Positions 51,590 to 64,000 of a stretch of 64,000 bases of DNA are shown piece after piece. Within the stretch, counting starts at the first letter, position 1. Each line of letters starts with the position of its first letter. Both the position numbers and the translations under genes were made by a program. Source of the DNA: Octopus vulgaris (lineage: Eukaryota). A model generated the notes under the pieces. It was given only the letters and a program-made list of their open reading frames with translations. It did no database searches and was not told the origin of the DNA. The DNA lies in NCBI GenBank assembly GCA_951406725.2, contig OX597814.1, positions 169,446,001 to 169,510,000 of the forward strand. The letters run 5' to 3'.

Positions 51590-51929
51590 AGGTGAAGTCA
51601 AAAATTATCCACACTTTCGCCATAACATCTTTATTGTTGTCTTCTGCATATGCATGCTTATAATTGGTACTATTGTGGTCACATGAGCCTGGCTAGGCTT
51701 CAAAAGGGTGCATAAATAAATAAATATATAAATGAGGTTTCTCTAAAGCATATACCATATTTGGCAGCATATAAGACATGATATTTTAATTCATAAATAA
51801 ATGAAGAAATTACCCTGTGTCTAATGTGGCTTCATTACATATGGGAGACTGAGTTTCATCGGCAAAAGAGAGATGGATAAGCATGAGTCTGATAGGCACA
51901 ATAATTATTACTTATGATAAAATATTGGT

Positions 51930-52500
51930 TTCAAATTTTGGCACAAGACCTGCAAGCTCAAGGGAGGGGACAAGTCAATTATATTGATGCCAGTGTTCAA
52001 CTGCCACTTATTTTATTGACCCTAGAATGATGAAAAGCAAAGTCAACCTTGGTGGAATTTGAACTCAGAATGTAAGGACTGAGAAAATACTGTTATGGAT
52101 TTTGCCTGGCATGTTAATGATTCTGCTTGCTCACTGCCTTTACTTATAATAAAATATTCTTTCCTACTCTAGGCACAAGGCCTGAAATTTTGGGAGGAGG
52201 GAACCAGTCGATTAGATCGACCCCAATATGCAACTGGTACTTAATTTATCGACCCTGAAAGGATGAAAGGTAAAGTTGACTTTGGCAGAATTTGAACTCA
52301 GAATGTAAAGACAGACAAAATACCTATTTTTTTACTACCTACAAGGGGCTACACACAGAGAGGACAAACAAAGACAGACAAACATATTAAGTTGATTATA
52401 TCGACCTCGGTGCATAACTGGAACTTATTTAATCGACTCCGAAAGGATGAAAGGCAAAGTCGACCTTGGCGGAATTTGAACTCAGAACGTAGCGGCAGAC
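51930..52500 (-). mobile_element. Cluster of SINE family B copies
   Basis: Three Meta-like/B-box blocks. Confidence 0.75.
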
Positions 52501-53339
52501 AAAATATGTCCATAGCATCAAGGGTAAAGGGTAAAGACCCTCTTTGTACTTGAATGATCAAGGGATTACACCTAGGAGGTTACCCTCTGAGGTACAGGAA
52601 GATTGTTTATGGAAGACCAACAGTCACTTATGCATACCAACCTCCCCTCTTTACACCACCAATGTTATCCAAGGGAAAGGCAAAGGCTGATACAGCTTAG
52701 CACCAGTGATGTTGCAATTCATTTCCACAGGTGAGTGAACTGGAGCAAAGTGAAATAAAGTGACTTGCTCAAGTGTACAACACACAGCCTGGTCCTGATG
52801 ATTGTGAGTCCGACACTCTAACCATTGAGCCATGCACCTTCGCATTTCCAACATACACAACCCGTATCTGATATATGTCTTACATTATTTAATGACTATG
52901 CTACCTTTAAGAAATATATTTTTTTAATTAACTAAATGAAAATTCTCTTAGAAAGATGAAAGGAATGTTAAATTTCCATTTGTTTATCAGTTACTTGCAA
53001 TGAGAAGATGACAAGAAAACCATTGTGATGATGCACCACGCTGGAGGTTGATCACTATAGCACAAAACATAATGGCTAAAAATATAAGTTTTAGATCGTC
53101 TTTGGCAATTCTCTCAACTAAAATATAAACAACGATATAGCACCACCAAAAGAAGACAAAATCAGAATATGTTACTCATATAGCATAGTTTATTTATATT
53201 AAATTGATGGCTTCATACCTTATTCCAGTATATCGTCACAACACAGTAGTTACATGCACAGAATCATACATTTTCCCCTACAAGACTATTTACCACCACC
53301 ACCATCATCATCATCACCACCACCACCACCGCCGCCACC

Positions 53340-53349
<10 letters not shown>

Positions 53350-53371
<22 letters not shown>

Positions 53372-53820
53372 TTAACGTCCGCTTTCCATGCTAGAAGGGT
53401 TGGACGATTTGACTGAGGTCTGGCGAACCAGATGGCTGCACCAGACTCCAATCTGATCTGGCACAGTTTCTACAGCTGGATGCCCTTCCTAACGCCAGCC
53501 ACTCCGAGAGTGTAGTGGGTGCTTTTACATGCCACCGGCATGAGGGCCAGTCAGGCGGTACTGGCAGCAGCCATGCTCAAATGGTGCTTTTTATGTGCCA
53601 CCTGCAGAGGAGCCAGTCCAGCAGCACTGGCAATGACCTCGCTCAAATGTTTTTTACATGTGCCACCAGCACAAGTGCCAATAAGGCAACGCAGGTAATG
53701 ATCATGTTTGAATGGTGCTTTATTCGTGCCCATCGGCACAGAGGCCAGCTTGTTGCTCTGGCAACAATCACGCTCATATGGTACTCTTAGCGCTCAACTA
53801 GCATGGATGCCAGTCATCGA
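53350..53820 (-). mobile_element. RTE 3' tail
   Basis: Homologous to 42594-43030. Confidence 0.8.
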
Positions 53821-53892
53821 ATTATTATATCCTTCGGTAAATGTATGATGTAAAATACTTTGCTTTTTCTACAAAGTATACTTATAGTTTTA

Positions 53893-54065
53893 GATGTAGG
53901 AGTGGCTGTGTGGTAAGTAGCTTGCTTACCAACCACATGATTCCGGGTTCAGTCCCACTGTGTGACACCTTGGGCAAGTGTCTTCTACTATAGTCTCAGG
54001 TCGACCAAAGCCTTGTGAGTGGATTTGGTAGACAGAAACTGAAAGAAGCCCATTGTATATATGTA

Positions 54066-54110
<45 letters not shown>

Positions 54111-54333
54111 GTGTGTATACGTTTGTATGTCTGTGTTTGTCCTCCCAACATTGCTTGTCAACCGATGCTGGTGTGTTTATGTCCCCATAAATTAGCGGTT
54201 TGGTAAAAGGAGCCCGATAGAATAAGTAGTTGGCTTACAATGAATAAGTCCTGAGGTTGATTTGCTCGACTAAAGGTGGTGCTCCAGCATGGCCACAGTC
54301 AAATGACTGAAACAAGTAAAAGAGTAAAAGAGA
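53893..54333 (+). mobile_element. SINE family A, full-length
   Basis: As for 681-1090. Confidence 0.85.
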
Positions 54334-54658
54334 GTTGTAAAACAGGAGTATTCCCTCTGTGAGAGTGCATCTTATATGTTGTCAAATATGGTAATTCTGA
54401 GCATTGCTGCTTCTGTCTAAGTTCCCCAAATTGTCATGTGTTACTGGAAGAATTTAAAGATTGGGTTAAAGATGTGACAGACACAGAAGTAAAACATGCA
54501 TAAATAGGTACAGATGTGGCTGTATGGTAAGAAGTCTGCTTTCCAGTCACATGTTTCTAGGTTCAGTCCCACTTTTTGGCACCCTGGATAAGTATCTTCA
54601 ACTATAGCCTTACCCAACTGATGCTTTGTGAGAGGATTTGGTAGAAAGAAACTGAAGG

Positions 54659-54722
<64 letters not shown>

Positions 54723-55856
54723 ATGTATATATGTATGTATGTATGCATGCATGCATGTGTGTATGTATGTATGTATGTATGTATGTATGTATGTATGCAT
54801 GCATGCATGTATGTATGTATGTATGCATGTATGCATATATATATATATATATATATTTGTAAAAAATGAAGTTCGAAAATGCTGCTGTATTATACAATTT
54901 TTAATTTTTATATATATACATAATAACATGTTTCAGTTCCTGAAACATATATATATATATATACATATGTGGAGGCATAATGGCCCGGTGGCTAGGGCAG
55001 CAGACTTGCAGTCATATGATTGTGGTTTCAATTCCCAGACCAGGCATTGTGAGTGTTTATTGAGCAAAAACATCTAAAGCTCCACAAGGCTCTGGCAGTT
55101 GGTGGTGGCGAACCCTGCTGTACTCTTTCACCACAACTTTCTCTCACTCTTTCTCCCTGTTTCTGTTGTACCTGTATTTCAAAGGGCCACACTGTGTCAA
55201 GCTGCATCTCCCCGAGAACTACATTAAGGGTACACGTGTCTGTGGAGTGCTCAGCCACTTGCACATTAATTTCACAAGCAGACTGTTCTGTTGATCAGAT
55301 CAACTGGAACCCTTGTTGTTATAACCGAAGGAGTGCCATGACAACATATATATATATATATATATATATGTATAGATGTATGTATATTTACATCTATATA
55401 TATCTCTTTTACTCTTTTATTTGTCTCAGTCATTTGACTACTACCATACTAGAGCACTGCCTTTAGTCAAACAAATCAAGTGATGGGGGGGGGGGGACAA
55501 ACACAAACACACAAATATATACATATATATATATATATGACAGGCTTCTTTCAGTTTTCATTTACCAAATCTATGCACAAGGCTTTGGGTGACCTGAGGC
55601 TATAGCAGAAGACACTTGCTCAAGGTGCCACATAGTGGGACTGAACCCAGAACCATGTGGTTGGTAAGCAAGCTACTTACCACACAGCCAACTGCTTTGA
55701 ACAAAAGTTCTAATTGTATTTTCCTTGTGCAGTGCATTTGCACATTAATGAACAGTCTCTATACTATTTGTATACATACCTTTAGCTGGCCAAAGTAGGT
55801 TGCTTTGGTGATGGATCAGTGTGTGGCACTGAAGAAAAGAAATGACCCCAAAATAT

Positions 55857-56070
55857 TCTTTTCTACTCAAGGTACAAGGCCCGAAATTTTTGAGGAGGGG
55901 GTCAGTCAATTAGATTGACCCCAGTACGCAACTGATACTTAATTTATCAACGCTGAAAGGATGAAAGGCAAAGTCGACCTCGGCAGAATTTGAACTCAGA
56001 GCGTAAAGACAGACGAAATACTGCTAAGCATTTGGTCCGGCGTGCTAACATTTCTACCAACTTGCTACCT
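55857..56070 (-). mobile_element. SINE family B with ~19-bp TSD
   Basis: gaaatgac..caaaatatt on both sides. Confidence 0.75.
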
Positions 56071-56339
56071 TGAAATGACTACAAAATATTGATATCTGTT
56101 ATTTTCTTTCAATTTTGGGCCAATTTTGTTTTGCCTAGCTGTGCTTTTAAATGCAATACTTCTTTAAGGGAATCTATGCACATACCTCAAGTATGTCATA
56201 TTGAAAATATACCCATGTGTGTGTGTATGAGCATGTGTGTATCTATATGTGCATCTATGTTTGTCTCTTATCACTGCTTGACAACTGGTGTATGACACTA
56301 TAACTTAGTTGTTTGGCAAGAGTACTGGGATTATCGAAA

Positions 56340-56695
56340 TCGAATTGAACTAGCCAGGACCCCTGGACTGGTGGTACGTAAAAAGCACTATCCGACTCGT
56401 GGCCGATGCCAGCGACGCCTCGACTGGCTTCCGTGCCGGTGGCACGTAAAATGCACCAATCCGACCATGGCCGTTGCCATCCTCGCCTGGCACCTGTGCA
56501 GGTGGCACGTAAAAAGCACCCACTACACTCATGGAGTGGTTGGCGTTAGGAAGGGCATCCAGCTATAGAAACATTACCAGATAAGACTGGAGCCTGGGGC
56601 AGCCTTCTGGCTTCCCAGATCCCCGGTCGAACCGTCCAACCCATGCTAGCATGGAGAACGGACGTTAAACGATGATGATGATGATGATGATGATG
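56340..56695 (+). mobile_element. RTE 3' tail
   Basis: As for 32716-33048. Confidence 0.8.
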
Positions 56696-57108
56696 AAACT
56701 CTTCAAGGCACTGCTCCAGCATGGCCACAGTCCAGTGACTGAAATAAGTAAAAAAAATACAAAACACAAAATATGTATATATATACATATGAAAATACTT
56801 ATGTACACAACACACACACACACACACAGACAGATGCTTGTGCGCACACACATACACACACTTATACACACACATGCATGTACATGCACACACAAGTAGA
56901 ATGGATCTCAGTTTTCACCAAGGAGGATTCCAGTTGATCAATCAACAGAACTCTTCATAATATTATATTGCAGACACTTGTACCTTTAATATACTTTCCA
57001 GGTAGACTCAGTCTATGACAAAGCTGACCCTTTGAATTACAATACAATCCTTCCGAGGGGTTTTTCGACAGAGTTTCCATCTACTGGCAAGGTTTATATA
57101 TCAACCTG

Positions 57109-57490
57109 GGAGGCGCAATGGCCCAGTGGTTAGGGCAGCGGACTCGCGGTCATAGGATTGTGGTTTCGATTCCCAGACCGGGCGTTGTGAGTGTTTATTG
57201 AGCAAAAACACCTAAAAGCTCCACGAGGCTCCGGCAGGGGATAGTGGTGATCCCTGCTGTACTCTTTCACCACAACTTTCTCTCACTCTTACTTTCTGTT
57301 TCTGTTGTACCTGTATTTCAAGGGGCCGGCCTTGTCACTCTCTGTGTCACGCTGAATATCCCCGAGAACTACGTTAAAGGTGCACATGTCTGTGGAGTGC
57401 TCAGCCACTTACACGTTAATTTCACGAGCAGGCTGTTCCATTGATTCGGATCAACCGGAACCCTCATCGTCGTAACCGACGGAGTTCTTC
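57109..57490 (+). mobile_element. tRNA-derived SINE family C
   Basis: ggaggcgcaatggcccagtggttagggcagcggactc...ggtttcgattccc; copies at 48908-49100 and 54969-55340. Confidence 0.85.
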
Positions 57491-57658
57491 CATCATATAT
57501 CAACCGAAGATTATTTATTGTAAAAGAAATTTTCTGAAAGGCACCATGCCATGAAGTGAACTGAACCCAGAACTTCATGATTGAAAAGCAAACATGTTAA
57601 CCACATGACCATATGGCTATTCACACACATAACCATACACACATACACACATACACAT

Positions 57659-57702
<44 letters not shown>

Positions 57703-58189
57703 AAACACACACACACACACACACACACACATATGCACACTCACACACACACATGTAGAATCACGATTCATGTATAAACAGATAATAACTACACGAAAGT
57801 TAGCTAAATATAGGAGGTGGTCAGTCACTGTACTTTGGGAAGCCAGATAAGATCTGGTTTGTTGATAAAGTAGATATTTTGATTGATTAGTTGATGACTG
57901 CTTATTGATTCTCCCCCCCCCACTCTCTCCCTGTCTCTCATTTTCCCTACATAAATAGTATATACGCAGACATGTTAATGTACCTGATATCAGTGTACCT
58001 TTAATCATTTACCGTCAATCAAATATTGACTTCAGCTCAACAAGAAGCTGGACTGCTTAAACATCTTCAGCAGGCGAGAACCAACTATGTTTAATGAAGC
58101 TGATATTTCCAATGCGATGAGGTCGGTCGGTGATGTTAAGTGAAGTATTATGTTCAGTAGGTTGGTAGGCGACAGAGTTGGGAAGAAGT

Positions 58190-58223
<34 letters not shown>

Positions 58224-59490
58224 GTCACCACACAGTATACAATGTCCCCTCATTTGATAAATATAAAACTGAATGAGAAATTATAGGCCTTCTCCTATTG
58301 GATGTAATGAATATTTTACTTTGCGATAGGAACGTCTGTCACTTTACCATAAGACAAGATAGAGTAATATTTAGCTTCCAATGATTTGTACACTTAAATA
58401 TATTGATTTCTCACTTTACAAAAGTGGGTGTGAAGAGATGGCAGTGACATCTGTAGAGTAGACATGTAGACCCACAGATTATACTTACATTTGATTTTGA
58501 AGGGGCGGGGTATAACCAGATTAGTTTCCTTGTACACGAAGACAACAAGAACAACTATAATGGTAACAACAGTACCAAAACTTTCACCAACATTGATAAA
58601 ATCTTGTGTTAATGAGCTAGCCTATATGTGTTTTCTCGACCTGTTAGAAACAACAGCCAAATCATCCCACAAATTATACCCATAATTTTACCTCTTTTTA
58701 AAACTGTAGTGTGTAAACCTAAACTGAGATTCAAAGATACTGCAAAAAGGAATATAAAGTGGAAAGGAATTGATCCTAAATGGCAAACCGAAGCAAAAAA
58801 ACAAACAAACAAATAGTGTGGAGAAAGTTTATCAAGACGTGCCAAAGTCATGAGAAGTCATTGTTGTGCCAACCAACTGCAAATAATGAGTAACCTGAGA
58901 GAGATTTGGCTGTTATTTCTAGTTAGTCAACAACTCTGTTGAAGCTCCCATTTTGGCTTATTGTGGTTACTGTTATTATTGTTGAGCCCCAGGTCAAATT
59001 TGATAAAGCAAACCTTTAATCAAAGGCATTTTAGCTATGATCACTGCATCTTTTCCCAATGTGCAGAGAAACCACGTTCACATTATATAACGTGCCTATA
59101 TTTTTAAACAACAGAGTATAATTTGAGCATGATTTGGTTTCTATTTCTAACAGATAATATGTCCACCACCTAGAAGTTCCCTTGTTGGTTTGTGGTAATT
59201 AGTGCATCGTAGTTATTTTCACAGCTTGCTGTCCTTTCTATTTCCCTTATTACTATTATTCATTTGTGAATGATTTTTCCCATTGATACATCCGCTATGG
59301 GATAAAGTGAATTATAACATCATTGATATATTATTGATATGACATGATATAGTCTGATATTCACAGATGAATTATAATAGCATAGCTGTGATATAATATG
59401 TGATGCAAAAGACTGTACCCTGTGTACAATGGATTGGGAAGTGAATCTATTGAAACACAGTGAGTTGTGCATCTGCAGAATGGAGATGAA

Positions 59491-60130
59491 TCATCATCAT
59501 CATCATCGTTTAACGTCCGTTTTCCATGCTGGCATGGGTTGGACAGTTTGACTAAGATCTGGGAAGCCAGGCGGCTGCACCAGGTTCCAGTCTGATGTGG
59601 AAGTGTTTCTACAACTGGATGTCCTTCCTAATGCCAACCACTCTGAGAGTGTAGTGGGTGCTTCTTTATGTTCCACCGGCACAGGGGCAGAGGGGGCTGG
59701 CATCGGTCACGATCAGATAGTGCTTTTTATGTGCGACTGGCATGGGAGCCAGTTGAGGCGGCACTGGCATTGGCCACAATCGGATGGTTCTTTTTACGTG
59801 CCACTGGCACAGGAGCGAGTTGAGGTAAAGGGGCTGGCATGACCATGCTCGGATGGTGCTTTTTACATGCCACCAGCACGGGGGCCACAACTACAATTTC
59901 CATTTGATTGTGATTTGATTTGATTTGATTTTGATTTTGATGTTGATGTTGGCGTACTTGACTCAACAGGTCTCCTCAATCACGGCATGTCACCCTACAA
60001 TCCAAAGGTACTTTTGAGTGAGCTGGTGATGCGACACTGGTGTAGGTTACAGCTGTGAACTCACTTTATTTGCCGGATCTTCTCAGTCACAGCATATCTC
60101 CAGAGGTCACGGCCTTTCATCATTGCCTCA
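59491..60130 (-). mobile_element. RTE 3' UTR and tail
   Basis: (cat)n-cgtttaacgtcc end, aaaagcac units; a similar copy runs 63370-64000 into the RTE ORF end. Confidence 0.8.
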
Positions 60131-60186
60131 AGAGATCAACGAAGTATTTAGCGGGTCAAAATTAAAAACAGCTGCAGCAACAATGT

Positions 60187-60233
<47 letters not shown>

Positions 60234-61285
60234 ATGGTGATGGCAGCCTCTCTTCAGAAATATACGTTTTAGTTTCTGTCAAATATATGAAATGACAATA
60301 TTAGTTGTTATTTTGATTGGCTTAAAAAAATAAATATAAACAGCCATGGATATCAAATTAAACAAGTATATTAGCTCATTAGTAAAATATCTGAAGCATA
60401 TGTTCATTACATTAGTTATAGTTTATCAATAATCATGTTGTTTAACTTAATGAATGATTGCTATTAACATTTAGCTGTCGTTTATAAAATTTATCATAGA
60501 ATGTAACTATAGAAGCTGAGTATGATTGTGGTTGGAAAGTATTAATTATTACAAGCTGTTTAATTACACAAAGTCAAGAATGTTTAAATGCATCTACAAA
60601 CTGTCATACTATGGAAGGTCTTTTAAGAAAATAAAAAATATTAAACATACTTAGGTTTGTTTATCTATAGATTACGAGAGGGTTGAAGACATAAATAATA
60701 AACCGATATTAATATAATAATATAATTAATTAAGTAATTAAGAAACAGTGTACATATCTTTATATTGATCAACTAGAAAGTACAAAGTAAATTTATTTAA
60801 ATTAACTGTGAAGGATTAAAAGTAGATAATTAAATCTGCAGGTATTCAGTACACTGAATTCTGGTAAATAGATTGTATTTGGTAAATATGTTGTTTTGTA
60901 ATTGTATAAATTATCTTGAGTAGATTTAAATATTTTGTGTGAAAATAGACTAATTTATAAGAGGTGTGAAATAGATGAGCACAGTCTCTGCTTTACATGT
61001 GTAACTGTGGAAATATACAGCTTAGTTTCAATTACAGTGTAAGTCTCTAACAATTAATTATTTGTGGGTAAGGAGTTGCTGGCTATATGATGAGTGAAAG
61101 TTGTACTAAAATGACACATTAAGATTCAAAAACAAAAATATCGAAATAACAATGTAGTGAGTGTAGATCTAGAAGATGCACCACATTCACTTAATACTCG
61201 AAATGAATACTTTGAATAAGCTATGCATTTTATGTGTGTATGTGTGTGTGTGTGTGTGTATAAATATATATATATATATATATAT

Positions 61286-62052
<767 letters not shown>

Positions 62053-62131
62053 GGTCCCGGGTTGATTCGGGGTTAACCAAGATTTCTCTTGAATGAAACA
62101 GTTCTAGTCCTGTAGAAGCTCCTTCTATATA

Positions 62132-62162
<31 letters not shown>

Positions 62163-62391
62163 ATAGAAATATTAAAATAACTAAGTCTCTCTAAAAGAGA
62201 ACAGCGGCAGCGTTCCCGGAAAATAATAGTTATCGCCATACTAATATGGCATTCTTATAAAAATAAGAAAAAAGCTGTCCGCTTATTAGCTCCATGAGGC
62301 CATCGCCTTAAGTTAGCTATTTGATACACAAACTGTATCCATATAACCTTCGAACAAGGGAGGTCAGTCGCTCCACACTACTTGACCGGCA

Positions 62392-62433
62392 GCTACAGAC
62401 GCGTTTCGGGGTATTGCCCCTTTTCAATGCAGC
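62392..62433 (-). ncRNA. Hammerhead motif, U3-A8 core (inverted copy)
   Basis: Reverse complement of 62566-62607. Confidence 0.75.
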
Positions 62434-62565
62434 TGTTCTCTTTTAGAGAGACTTAGTTATTTTAATATTTCTATTATTGAAAACAAGTGGATGTATTCCA
62501 CCGAAACTAGGTAAATAAAACCATCGAACAGAGATTGTCGGAAGCGACACCTACTGGCTGGCTAC

Positions 62566-62607
62566 GCTGCATTGAAAAGGGGCAATACCCCGAAACGCGT
62601 CTGTAGC
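62566..62607 (+). ncRNA. Type I hammerhead motif with U3-A8 core (UUGAAAA), GUC site at 62599-62601
   Basis: gctgca-TTGAAAA-gggg-caata-cccc-GAAA-cgcg-TC-tgtagc; stem I extendable via ggctggc/gccggtc across an internal loop. Confidence 0.8.
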
Positions 62608-62927
62608 TGCCGGTCAAGTAGTGTGGAGCGACTGACCTCCCTTGTTCGAAGGTTATATGGATACAGTTTGTGTATCAAATAGCTAACTTAAGGCGATGGC
62701 CTCATGGAGCTAATAAGCGGACAGCTTTTTTCTTATTTTTATAAGAATGCCATATTAGTATGGCGATAACTATTATTTTCCGGGAACGCTGCCGCTGTTC
62801 TCTTTTAAAGAGACTTAGTTATTTTAATATTTCTATTATTGAAAACAAGTGGATGTATTCCACCGAAACTAGGTAAATAAAACCATCGAACAGAGATTGT
62901 CGGAAGCGACACCTACTGGCTGGCTAC

Positions 62928-62969
62928 GCTGCATTGAAAAGGGGCAATACCCCGAAACGCGTCTGTAGC
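62928..62969 (+). ncRNA. Type I hammerhead motif with U3-A8 core, second tandem copy
   Basis: Identical to 62566-62607, 362 bp downstream. Confidence 0.8.
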
Positions 62970-63132
62970 TGCCGGTCAAGTAGTGTGGAGCGACTGACCT
63001 CCCTTGTTCGAAGGTTATATGGATACAGTTTGTGTATCAAATAGCTAACTTAAGGCGATGGCCTCATGGAGCTAATAAGCGGACAGCTTTTTTCTTATTT
63101 TTATAAGAATGCCATATTAGTATGGCGATAAC

Positions 63133-63195
<63 letters not shown>

Positions 63196-63369
63196 TATAA
63201 AGGTGCAGGCATGGCTGTGTGGCTTTGCTTTCCAACCTCATGGTTCCAAGTTCAGTCCCATTGCATGGCACCTTGAGCAAGTATCTTCTGCTATAGACTC
63301 AAGCTGACCAAAGCCTCGTGAGTGGATTTGGCAGATGGAAACTGAAAGAAACACATTGTATATATATCA

Positions 63370-64000
63370 ACGGCCGCTTTCCATGCTCGCATAGGTTGGA
63401 TGATTTGACTGAGGACTGGTGAGCCAGAAGGCTGCACCAGGCTCAATCTGATCCAGCAAAGTTTCTACAGCTGGATGCCCTTCCTAATACCAATCACTCC
63501 GATGGTGTAATGGGTGCTTTTACATGCAACCAGTATGAGGGCCTGTCAGGCAGTTTTGGCAACAACCTTGCTCAAAAGGTGTTTTTTACATGCTACATGC
63601 ATGGAAGCCAGTATGGTGGCACTAGCAACAATCACACTTGAATGCTCCTTTTTATGTGCCACCAGCACAGGAGCCAACCCGTGCCCTGGCAACAATAATG
63701 CTTGGATGTGCTTGTAATGTTCTACTGGCATGAGTACCAATCAGGTGGTACTGTCATCGACCACGTCAGCAATTTTGATTTTGATTTCATTTGCCCCAAT
63801 AGGTCTTTGCAAGCAAAGTTTATTGTCCAATGAATGAGGGGTATTCATAAGTGGGCTGGTGACACCCACTGGCATATGGTCTCATTTGGCTTGTTGGGTC
63901 TTCTTAAGCACAACATACCTCCAAAGGCCTCAGCTATTAATCATTGCCTCGGTAAGGCCCAATGTTTGAAGGTCGTGCTTCACCACCTCTTCCCAGGTCT
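63370..64000 (-). mobile_element. RTE 3' end running off the window
   Basis: gctttccatgct.gcat.ggttgga end; 63940-64000 is homologous to the ORF end at 8030-8090 (KTW.EVVKHD). Confidence 0.8.

Larger units (their letters stand above)
62161..63137 (+). mobile_element. 362-bp hammerhead-bearing tandem (about 1.95 units) preceded by a 273-bp inverted copy, inside (TA)n
   Basis: Unit starts at 62432 and 62794; 62161-62433 is the reverse complement of 62566-62838; copies differ at about one base. Confidence 0.9.

Noticed and set aside
57109-57180. tRNA-like sequences as tRNA genes
   Set aside because: They are SINE heads continuing into SINE bodies and lack a proper acceptor stem

Overview
AT-rich, microsatellite-saturated eukaryotic DNA with no recognisable intact host gene. 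The repeat repertoire suggests a cephalopod (Octopus-like) intron or intergenic region; this is an inference. Most ORFs in the six-frame track are translated microsatellites or SINEs. The real coding remnants all come from transposons: two RTE families, CR1, two Dong/R4 restriction-like-endonuclease LINEs sitting in (TAA)n, an L1/Tx1, a mariner, a Helitron PIF1 helicase fragment and three Penelope-like (GIY-YIG) fragments. At least three tRNA-derived SINE families, non-autonomous Helitrons and MITEs fill the rest. The most interesting layer is non-coding: at least five unrelated families of small elements carry minimal type I hammerhead-ribozyme folds, each with its own palindromic stem III. 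Two of them show compensatory swaps of the core C3-G8 pair (U3-A8 and G3-C8). One is a near-perfect 362-bp tandem plus an inverted copy inside (TA)n. Another is a single 335-bp monomer with a central ribozyme and a 22-bp TSD. A third places a tRNA-like Pol III promoter between a GIY-YIG ORF end and the ribozyme. These inserts repeatedly show head-to-head inversions. Together they look like a Penelope-driven retrozyme/circular-RNA system. All folds were done by eye and ribozyme activity is untested.
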